Below are positions 44,330 to 56,300 of a stretch of DNA of 64,000 nucleotides, piece by piece (position 1 is the first letter of the stretch; each line of letters begins with the position of its first letter). Below the pieces are notes generated by a model. The model saw only the letters and a list, made by a program, of their open reading frames with translations. It did no database searches and was not told the DNA's origin. Source of the DNA: Azolla caroliniana (lineage: Eukaryota; Plantae; Polypodiophyta); assembly GCA_043228905.1 (NCBI GenBank), contig JBHGNT010000007.1, positions 124,001-188,000 of the forward strand, read 5' to 3'. The translations under genes and the position numbers were made by a program.

Positions 44330-47300
44330 ATGGCACAGAGATCATTATATGCATGCAAGTTCGGTAACTACAGGGATCGATAATGCTGGGGGTGTACGAT
44401 CCTCACAAGGGTATGGGGAGGATGACCTAACATATCTCGGGCTCCGCTAACACACTTGGGTTTTTCATATCTCCAATTTCTCCAATGCTTAGTTGTTTCT
44501 GTTCAACTTCCATTCTGTAGGCTATCTGGACATGGGATCCATCCCCCCACTGTGGATAGACATTTACATAACTAAGGATGGCGTATGGACTCTGTGGGTA
44601 CGATAAGCTGCCCTTTCAGAATCAAATGAAATGATTACAAGAGCTTTGATAGGATCACTCTTCAGGAAGTCATCATTGTTCCTTGTAATCGAGATGCCCA
44701 GTAGTCATCATTTTCTTAACACGTGGATATCAAAGCCATCAATAGAACGCAAAGTTCTAAGTTTACATTTATCTACTAAAGAATTACCAAGTTCTTTTTA
44801 GGATAGCCTAGTCAACAATAAACTTGGCTGATAGGTATCTGTAATTCTTCGAAGATGATCAGTATGTCATCTAGGTTCAAAGTGCTGAATTGATTATACA
44901 CTTATGATGGGGTTCACATTGTCTTGAAACTTGGATCCTAATGTAAATCTGCTGCCAATATTATGATCTGATGCCATGAAATACAAGATGCCTCCCATAA
45001 GATTCGATCAATGTCACAAATATAATACTTTAAATGTAGAGACACATAGTTGATACATGACAGTAAGCATGATATGTTTTTTTTATTCTCGTTATATGGA
45101 GATGTGTTCAATGGTAGATTGGATGCTGACAATATGGTCAATAGCTTTAGTACGGGATTGCAGCCATATCGCATGCTTTGAGTTGTTTATTAGGATGTAG
45201 GTATCCATATTGTCTCGATGTTACATCCTTCCTACTTCGGGTTCTCAAGATCAATTACAGAAGCAGATTTTTTATATTGTAAAATATGATAACATGTGTA
45301 TTTGGCTAACCTTTTTTTTATTATGTATTATGAAGATTTCTGATTTGTTTGCTATATATTTTTCATAAAAAAAGATGATGCATCTTAATGGGCTTCATCT
45401 ATTGCAATATCTGTTTTGGCCTTATTTTAGTTATCCATTTATTTCTGTTGGCAGAATCAATGAGAAAATTGAAGGACCTTTTGCAGCAGCCAGAAAATTG
45501 CAAATGTGCAGATTGTAATGCACGTAACCCAAAATGGGCGTGAGTGCCATTTTTCTCTGTATATTTTATAATTGTTAATGATTCTTTACTTGCAAGTTAT
45601 GAGTACATCTTTTTTAACATAAAAATTAGCTACAGTCTGTTAGTCCTTCAAAGTTTTGCTTCTTCATTTATAGGGAAACATATTATGGATTAATGTATCG
45701 TTAGCTGTAGAATATGCAGGAATCATATTGAAATGCCATATTTTATATTTAGAGATTGGTTTCTATTACCACAGTTGGGAACCAATAATTTATAACTCCA
45801 AAAGATCTGTTGGTTTTAGTCTGTTTGTTTTCCAAAGCACTTAATATTCAGCAATTTATGCTCAATACCTGCTCTGTATTAGGTGACCCTACATGCTAAA
45901 CTATGACATGCCTTTAATTCACAACCTCTACAAAAGCTGTGGTAAACGCTGTGTTCTGGTAAATTCTACTTGAGGCTACTATGTATACATCGTCATCTAG
46001 ACTTTGATGGAGAATTTTGTCTCCTTTTTCTCTTCAATGTCACTCATTTCTCTTGCTTGCTTCTCATGGCATCTCTCACAATGTGCCCTATATCCGAGTA
46101 CATGCTAATGCTTAATACCAGTTTTAAATTGCTGGAAATTAATAATTCTGTTTTCTTGCTAGTTATGGTGTTTTACTGTTTTTATGTCGTCAATATTACA
46201 GGTCCACAAGTCTTGGAGTTTTTATCTGCATAAAGTGCTCAGGTGTACACCGTAGCCTTGGTGTTCACATATCAAAGGTGAATATTTTTTAGAGGATTTT
46301 CAAAACTCATTCCCATAACTCAAAGGTGAATATTTGTACAAAGAATGTGTATATCTTCTGTATTAGATATATGCATTTTGACATTGGTTTGATACACGAT
46401 TCACAATTCCTTATTATCAGCTGTGAGGTATGTAGTGTTACTTGCAATGTTCTGAATGCCGTGAGTGGTCACACGTAGGGAGCACCTATATCCTTAGAAG
46501 TGTTTTTGGGAAGAATTATGAGACAAAATCAAGCAGAGAACATATGCAAAATATTATCTTTGTTTTGCATGAAGTACTTATATTAAATCTGAAACTAAAC
46601 ACTACTATTAAATGTTCTAATGTTTATTACCAATATCTACTGTTCAAGGAGAATCTAAGATAATTAAACACTACTACTATTAATGTTCTAATATTTAGTA
46701 TGTTTATCTTTGTTTAACCATTAGTATTGACTTTTAAAGCATTCAGTGCACATCTTTATTATCTCAATGTATTACTTACATTGAGAAACAAAATATATAC
46801 ACATTGCTTGTTTTTATGACACAGGTATATTTGAATATTTGAATATTTACCCTTTACCAGGTTTTATCTGTGACCTTAGATGATTGGACAAATAGTCAAG
46901 TTGAAACAATGCTTGCAGTTGGTGACAACTCCTTGGCTAATGCAATTTATGAAGCATTTGTTCCGAATGATGTTATAAAGCCTACACCAAATTCATCTGC
47001 TGAAGAACGAGAGGATTATATAAGGTAATCATATTCAGGGTAGAATATCTTTCAAAGAATGGCATTTCTCCTATTTATGATTGTATGTATGTAAATGAGA
47101 GCATCAAAATAATATTTGGTCGAGGTAGGTGTTTCCTTTTAATATTGAAGGAAAGGGGGCTGGAATAAACTGTCATGAATGAAATCTAACTGGCATATTA
47201 AAAATTCCAAAAACTTCAGCATACTGATTCTCTTCGAGTATGGTATGTACACAATAAATCCTTCTGGTTCTTATGTTCCATCGGAGGGGCTGACTTATCA

Positions 47301-50300
47301 AGATAGAAGGGTGATTGTCTGCTTAATGTGTTATCGTTCTCTGAGAACAACGGCACTTATGTGACTGCTGCCAGCTTCTCAAACGTGGTAATGATTTTGA
47401 AATTAAATTTCGAATATGGCTTGCACAAACACTAGTGGCAGAGATCTAGGATCAAGATCTGGGTAAATTAAGTCATACACTCTAGTCATTGTAGCCAATT
47501 AGTAATATTTGTGTAGAGCAAAGAGACTTTCACACAATGTGCATCCTGGAGTGGTATGTATGTCTTCTACAAAGATTTAGCCCAAACACTAATGGCAGGG
47601 ATCTGGGTAAAACTGATCATACTGCTCAGTGTAGCCCACTAGTTACTATCTTTGCACATATTCATCAATATCTGTATAGGCCATAGAGACAATCAAACGA
47701 TGTGAATCTTGTGGAGCTTTGAATGTCTTCTAGACAGAAATATATATTAAGAGGACAAAATGGCATATAAGACCGAACAAGAGAACAAACCAAAATGAAA
47801 GATAAAATGGAACTGCTGCCCTCGCAAAAACTCAGTGAGTGAAACTCGTCCAATGCCGTTGAGTTCATGATTGGTGGATCGAACTGCCGGGATTATGGAC
47901 AAGGAGAGTTTGGAAAAAAAAGGAGAGAGACAAGCACAAACAAGACATGGAGATAGTGTAGGATTAAAAAAGCAAACAATACATGATAAAATATGCTCTA
48001 CTAAATTGGGAATGCAACCAAAGTTACAATATTCCACCATAAGGATGACACCTTATCTTTGCCAAACTTCGGCTCGAACCCTTGACTTCGATCTTGGGGG
48101 ATGAGAAACCTTCCCAATAAGCTAGCTTGATCTCTTGATTATTGATAAATGGATTTTTCTTGATGCCTACATGCTTCAATCCCTTCCCCTTAAATAATTG
48201 ATTGAATAAGTATGCATGTGATGTGTGAGTGCATGTTATGCATGCAATGCATGTGATGTGTGATCGTCACTTGGCACACACGTGTTGATGTGTGATGCAC
48301 GACAAACATATTGCTCATCTGAGTCACCATGTATGCAATATTGCATAAGACATAACTACAATGAATAAGAATATAAACTTGTAGAAAAACTTATCGTAAT
48401 GGTCCACTCCAGGTGGTTGATATTTGAGATTATGGGTTCGAGCCTCACACATGACATCTGCAATACTATTTGAATTTGTTTTCATATCGTGAAGCAATTG
48501 CTTCAGCACACTAGTGCTCGGTGATAATGGGCTTCATTTGTTGATTATGGGCCCATGGTTCCATTGACCGTGACCTACATGCATGACATAAGTGATGGTT
48601 AAATGTTGGTATGCTGAAATCAGCATACCAACAATGACTATCTCCTTGTTCTGCCAGCAGTTTGGATAACATAAATGCCAACCGTGAACAGTGCTTTGAG
48701 AGCTTCCAAAACTGCTGGATACAAGTCATTGAATGAAATAATGCTTCCACTATTGGGGCCACTTCCCAGCTCAGACCGGATTATATGATGGGACACCAAT
48801 ACTTGCTCTTTATCATGCAGGAAATCATCGAGACTTTAGGCCTCTCCATATGCCTCCATTTTGTGCCTTATGAAGAGTTTGTCCCTAAGTTTCCATCCAT
48901 CCAAAAGAGTCGAGGTTACAAGTGTATTTAACAACAAAGTTATCTGCAGTTCTTGGAACTGTATATGTGCACATTATCTTTCAAATTCTCGAAGAGCTGT
49001 ATATCCACAAGAAAGCAGAGCACATGCATCCTCCTACAGGGAGAACCAAAGCCCTATAAATGTTACTTCTAGGTATGTGTAGGGTTGTGTGTGCCAGATT
49101 TTCCTCTATCAATAAGAAATGTGGCCCTTATCTTTTTACACATGCTTTAGTGATGCAAATATGGATGACTTTAGGCGATCCATACAGAAAAAAATAACCT
49201 TATTGAACTAGAAAATATCCCACATAAACTGTGTTTATTATCACCTCCTTCACAATTTTGTGATTGCAAACATGGAAAACACCTTCACGTTAGAAGTTGG
49301 AATCAGCATATGAGACTAAATGTGATTGCAAATATGGATGACTTTAGGCGATCCATACAGAAAAAAGAATCATATTGAACTAGAAAATATTCCACATAAA
49401 CTGTGTTCATTTTGACCTCCTCAACAATTTTTTGTTGAAAAATTAGGTCTCTTTATGTTTTGGCATGATTCAATGTACCAGTTCTTGACTGCTTGGTTTA
49501 AGCAAATCGTAGAGGCCACTCACCTTTTTACTCATAGTCGTTCTCAACTAAATCCAATTGTTGGGAGTTCTATGAAAGACTGCTACTCCTTAGATCACAT
49601 TTGACTTTGATTTCTACATTGTCAATCCGGTCAATTCCCTACGCATATTTCACTCAGTCACAATGCCCACTCTTAATTGCAACGTTCATCAGTAAAATTT
49701 TTGAACATCAAGAGCCACTACTCAACTCGACACATGCTACATGAAAATGTTTCACCCTTGCTCCTATAGGTCATATTTGACCTCTGAGAACGATGATAAA
49801 ATGCCTGTATCTATCTATCTTCAAGGCAAGAAAATTTATGAGTTCTTTAGTTTTAACCTCTTAAGTTCATGTTGGCTTACCTACAAACCCTTCCTCAAAC
49901 AAAGAGCTTGCTTATTGTGCACACTTTCACGGTTTTGTTAGACTTAATTTGTCTGGATTTTGCAGGCGCAAATATGAATACCAGGATTTTGTCAAGCCCA
50001 ATCTCCGCATAGGTTCAGTAGCCTCAAAGCGCACAAATCACTTGATAAGCAGCACATCCAGTTCGGGTCCTTCTCATGGGGTGTGCAATTTAGGCTTTTC
50101 TGGACCAACATTTGCAATTTCTTTTCTGAATATATTATATAATAGGATTTGTTGCATGATCACAATCATTTGATAATAATTTGTACATGCGTTTCGGTTA
50201 GTAAATGTCAACAAGAGAAACTTAAATGGGTACATTATTTTGAAGCTTTCTGTTGGCAGGTAGAATTGCAAGGAATTCTCAAAATTCATGTTCTCAGAGG

Positions 50301-53256
50301 CACTAATTTAGTCATTCGGGATATGAAGTCTAGTGATCCATATGTTGTTGTCACTGCTGGGGAACAGGTGAGGTTCTCTTAGTTATTGTTATGGTGGGAA
50401 CGCCACATATATCAATCTTGAAGCAGAATTTTTACAAAATAAAACTTGCTTTTAGAAAGAGTAGAAAAGGTAGCAACGTAGTTAAACGCAATGAAGCTTT
50501 GAATTTATTTAGGAAATTGTGTCTATGATATGGGAAGTACCCATGAAATGGTTGAAGCTTGGTTTAATTATGTTTCATTGCTTGAGAGAGAGAAATCAGT
50601 CTGCATATCTATGGATAGATGTTTTCATGAGATCAAAACCATTTTATAATCAGCACAATAATAACTGCCTTCTTCCATTTTCTGTTACCCCTCTCTCCTA
50701 TTAACCGCCTCCCATTTGCAGTTTACTACCTTTGCCTTTACACAGCTGAATGTCTGAATTGGGGGTCTGCTCCCTCCCACAGTCATTAAGCATTCATTCT
50801 CTCTTGCTTGCACGTTAAGGTATGCAGTAAGCATATCCATTTGTATATTTGTATTTAATCTCTCTAGCATTTCCTCTCTATATCTTGGGTGCATTATTCA
50901 CCTCCTTGTGGAGACTTAAACATTTCTTTAGAAAATCCAACTCTCCTCCCTCTAATCCCTTCAAACTACCCAACCCGAATTGGAACCCTCCTACTAAATA
51001 TCCACCATTAGAATCTATACTCCATAAACACAATATCTCTCTCTCCACAAACCTCCATGATAATATATTACCTAATATCAAAATACCACTACACCTCCAA
51101 TTAGCAATAACTAGCCTTAAAAATAATAATAAAATAACCATCCTACCAGCGGACAAAAACATTGGAGTTTGTGTCCTCGATAAAAAAACATACTTAGATA
51201 AAGCCCTAGAACATTTATCCGACATCACTACATATAAAAAAGTTGATAGTCTCCCATTAGAAGAACTTTTAAGTCGACTACAAGACATAGTCAATTGTAA
51301 TCGTAATATCTTATCTCTCATAGAAATAGAATTTATCCTACACAAACCTCCTAAAGGTTACTCAATACCTAATATGTACTTCTTGCCAAAAGTACATAAA
51401 AGTCCTGTTAGCTATAGACCGATTTGCTCATATAACGGTTCATTATTTGAACAAACGTCTAAATGGCTTCACCATCAACTCCTCCCCATACTTCTAGTTC
51501 AAAAACAGTATCTTAGGGACTCCCATTCCCTTGTCCAAACTTTAGAACAACTTATAACACCACCCAATAGCTTCATTTTTTCTTTTGATGTTGAATCCCT
51601 CTACCCTAGCATCCCACCTAAACTAGGACTCTCTGCCCTAAAAAACCTTATTGCCCCCCACTTTTCTAACCAAAAAACCAATTTGATTTACACCCTTAGT
51701 GCCCTCACCTTAGAATACCACTTCCTTAAATTTAACAACCAAATTTATCAACAGGTAAAAGGAACAGCCATGGGTAGTAATTTTTCCGTCGTGTATGCAT
51801 GTCTCTTCCTCTCATATCTAGAAAATTCCAATCCATCACCCCACCTTTTCTATTTCACTAGGTATATTGATGATGCCTTTGGCGTCTGGACTGGTACTAA
51901 AATCCAACTTCTCGAATACCTAAACTTCTATAGTAACTCTACTCAAAACTCTATAAAACTAACCATACACACTTCTTACACGAAACTACCCTTTTTAGAC
52001 CTTTGGATTAGATTAGATAATAATAGATTCACCTTTAATTGCTTTCAAAAAACACTTAACACATATCAATACATCCCTTATTCCTCCAATCACCCTCTAC
52101 ATGTGAAAAATAGTTTTGTTTCAAATGAACTTAAAAGATATATGGTTAGAGAAAGCACGGCCCTAGGTTATTTAAATATGCAAAAAAAATTCTTTACGAG
52201 ACTTAGAGCCCGAGGTTATCCCACACATTTTATTCTAAATAACTTTCGAAAACACCCTTACTCCCTTAGACACACTCTCCTTTTCAAAGAAAAAACTAAA
52301 AAGACCACCCCACCCACTATCTTTAAACTTAGATATACTCGCCATACCCCCACACTAATTATTAAGAAAATACTAACTAACCTACACTATGATATCCAAT
52401 TAGATCCCCAACTACAACATATCCCTAAACCCATTATTTGTTGGACTAAATCCAAAAACCTCCACTCCCTTCTAGTAAAAACTAAAAACATCCTAGAGCC
52501 ACTATAAACATATTTTCTCACCCTTCATTTAATCTATCCCCCTTCCTTGTTCCTCTCTCCTTCCCCCTTACTTTTATTTTGTAGTCACACACATCTACTT
52601 TTTTCCCCCAATATTTCCCTTATATCTCACTAAAAACTATATTCTATCTCCCCCTCCCTTTTTTTCCCCCCCAATATTTCCCTTATATCTCACTAAAAAC
52701 TATATTCCATCTCCCCCTCCCCCCTTTTTTTCCATTTCTCATCCCCTCTTCCTCTCACTACCTTTTTTTCCATTTCTCATCCCCTCTTCCTCTCACTACC
52801 TTTTTATACACTCTCTCTCTTCCCTCTTCCCTCAACCCCTCTCCCTAATACCTCTTATTAACTTCCTTTAACTTTCCCTTCTTTCTTTTATTTACATATA
52901 ATTACACACCCTACCACTCATTCATTTCCCCTTATTCACCTCTTTCTACTCCCTCATCTGTCTTATCACCCTATCAATCTTCCATTCACCAGCCCATTTT
53001 GTTTCCCCCCCCATATCACCACCCCCTCTATCATCAAGATCTTCCAACTTAAAACCTCACAGCCCTCCATCTATTTACATTGTTATTGTACCCCACTCAC
53101 TATGATTATACATTCTCCTCCCTTCCCCATCCTCAACATCCTATATAAACCACCTTTTGTATGTACATGACCTTTTGCACTGATGAGCTCTACCTAAAAG
53201 AGCGAAACTAGTTTGCTGCATAAGGTCTTTCCTTTTATTTTAATGGAATTTTCCTG

Positions 53257-53309
<53 letters not shown>

Positions 53310-56300
53310 GTGTGCTTAGAATCTTTTCTTATTACATTATCTATGTAAACCCTAGACCTAATCCCGAAACCCTAATCCCGAAACCCTAATCCTGAAACCC
53401 TAATCTCGAAACCCAAAACCCTAATCCCAAAACCCTAATCCCGAAGCCCTAAACCCTAATCCCAAAACCCTAAACCCTAATCCGGAAACCCTAAACCCTT
53501 TCCTATTACATTATCTACCATTAGTTTTATGAGAGTTAAGCTTCAGATAACCTCGCAAACCTTAAAGAAATATTTGCTACATGAAAACATGGCATTGTCC
53601 CATTGGCAAACACCTTCACCATATTTCCACAACCTCGAAACAAATCTCGGCACTTAAATGGTTTGAAAGTTCAAAATCAAGGCAGAACAGTGTCGGGATC
53701 CAAGAAACCGATGACAGAATGGAGTGACGCTAATGATGATCTGAATTATGAAGAGAAACACAGCAAGGAATGCAGAAGAAAGAAAGATATATTAACGTCT
53801 TTTAAGAGGCCAAAATGGCCTATAAGACCAAATAAGAGATTACAACTTTTGTGGATGAGCTTGTGTGGCTGTATTCTTCAACAACTTTTCTCGATGTCTC
53901 TTGAGCTCTAGCAAGAAAAGTCCTAGGCATCGTTGGTTCTCATATTCCATTACCTGCGTAGTGGGCCAAAGCCTTGTTTAAAGAGGCAATGGTATCTCCC
54001 TCTGATTTCATAAAAGACACTACAATGACAAACATAGTGTTCTTCAGATTCCACTCCTTGATGACACAATTGGCAAATTCTCTTTTCTAGAGGTAGTCGT
54101 GTATATCTGCCTACCTCAATCTGTAGCTGACGCGATGAAGTTCTTAGCTGCCCTATCACACTACGCAGCGCATAGGATAGATGTATGTCCATATAAGGTG
54201 GCCTGATGACGAATCCATCCTCCGATGTATGTAAGAAGTGCGTCTTATAGTTGGCCATCTTTGTACCAAGTGGTATTTTGGGGCAGAGAAAATTGTAGAA
54301 AATGCAGGGACTTAAGGAAAAATTAGTAGATTAGGAAAAATGACCTTATGGTTACAAAGATGTAGAATGGTTTATATAGCCAATATCTATAGGTAGCTAG
54401 AGATCCAATAGTTACTTAACTAGGTTCACACTATTCTAACTATGTTCACACCAAAGCTTTCATAGGATACACATTAAGTGTAACAAACCCCCCTGAAGTG
54501 AATGTCGTGAACTTGAATGTCATCACTATCAAGGTGTTGGAAGAATGCTCAATTCCTTGTGAAATATTCAAACTTTTCTCTTGATAGTGCCTTTGTAAAA
54601 ATGTTTGCAACATTTTCATGAGTTGGTACATAGACTAAGTTGATCTCTTTAGCATAGAACTGCTCCCTCACATGATGATAGTGCACCTCAATGTGTTTTA
54701 TTCGTGCATGAAAGACGGAATTTCTTGCAATAGCCAAGTCACTTTGACTATCTGTGAATATACGAGGAGGAGATGGTTGCTCAAGTGATAAATTGGACAA
54801 TAATCTCATGAGCCAAATACACTTTACTGTAGGACTGAATGCTGCTCTATATTCAGCTTCACAACTTGATGTTGCCACTGTTGGCTGCTTCTTGCTGAGA
54901 TAGGAAACACGGGAATTGCCGATCATGAAACAATTGCCACTATGTGAGACATGAGTGTCGTAGCAGCCATCCCAATCACTATCAGTGAATGCTTGAGGTA
55001 ACGGAAAACTTGCTTGGCTACTTGCAATTGCTTTGGTCCAGGGGCAGTGCATAAACCTGCTTAATTGCAAAACTGCATATTGAATGTCAGCTTGCATGTT
55101 GCACAAAAATATCAAACATCCTACAGCTTGCTGGTATCACAGTACATCAGTTGGTTCTCCTTGTCTTGATATGAGAATTTGAAACTGGCTTCTACAAGAG
55201 TGGAGATTAGCTTACACTCTTCAAACCTGATTCATTGTAGGAGCTTCTCGATGTACTTTCGTTGACTCAAAAAACTTCCCCCATCAACAGTAATAAATTG
55301 AATGCTAAGGTAGTAATTGCTTTTGTGGGGCATCGATTTAAAACATAGTTTGCACACATTACAGCTTCCAACCAAAACTTGTGAGGTAGGTTCTTACCAT
55401 TGAGCATGCATCTTGCCATCTCCATGAAAGATCTATTCTTTCTCTCAGCCAAATGATTTCGTTGTGGTGTGTATGGAGTGGTGCATTGATGGATAATAAC
55501 TCAGTCCTTCAAGAAAGCATCGAACTCAATGGCGTTCTCATTGGGCCGCATACATCACTATGTACAAGGTGAAGCTTGTGTGTTGCCAAACCATTTGCGT
55601 CTTTTGGAAATGAAAACCTAGAATACAACCCTCACAAACATGATTAGATGGTACATTAATGGAAGGAAGATTGCATACCATATCATGCTTACTAAGCCGC
55701 GCAAGGCTGCTGAAATTTAAATGGCCGAACCGAGCATGCCATAGTTCAAAATTCCTTCGTGTTTGGGCATGCACCGCTAATGCGTATTGGTCATCAAATT
55801 TCTGATATACGTCAAGTTTGTAAAGCTTATTGAACAAACTACCAATTATGATAATGATATCACCATTTGTACGATCAATACTGTGCATTTTTCATAGAGA
55901 AAATGGACAGGATATCCATGCATAGCAATGGCATAAACTGAAAGAAGGTTTTTCTTTATGCTAGGGACATATGAAACATTGTTCAAGGTGAGTACATTCC
56001 CATTGATGGCTGTAATATGAACTTGGTCAAAACCTTTGATGATGTAAGAAGCATTATTGGCACAATTAATTGTGCCCACCTTATGACAAGCATCTTCAAG
56101 TGTGAGAAATAAATTTTTACAAGAACTTATGTGTTTAGAAGCACCACTGTCAAAATACCAAACATCCTTAGACTCACTTACCAATAAATATATGTTATCC
56201 TTTGAGGGATCATACATTGTGTATATGGAGAATGCCCACTCATGTTGAGCAATGTGTGCTTCTTCCTTCGTACTAGTAGAGGTGGTAATACTAAGACCGG

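Larger units (their letters stand above)
50900..53258 (+). mobile_element. Penelope-like retroelement (PLE), apparently 5'-truncated, no C-terminal endonuclease, with a pLTR-like 3' end
   Basis: PLE RT ORF, then a G-poor 3' region with internal duplications, a TATA box and a hammerhead motif. Boundaries are approximate and no TSD was identified. Confidence 0.9.

Noticed and set aside
47744-48400. Possible solo LTR in an ArfGAP intron
   Set aside because: The composition is LTR-like, but I could not establish TG...CA ends or a matching TSD.
50367-50868. Exonisation of the PLE RT as an ArfGAP-RT fusion via the acceptor tctctag at 50867
   Set aside because: The host donor at 50367 is phase 0, but this acceptor enters the RT frame in phase 1, so the fusion is out of frame.
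50849-52507. Telomerase (TERT) or group II intron maturase
   Set aside because: It is intronless and lacks the TERT T/CP motifs and maturase features. The ADK, LPKVHK, GTAMGS and SNHP motifs are PLE-type.
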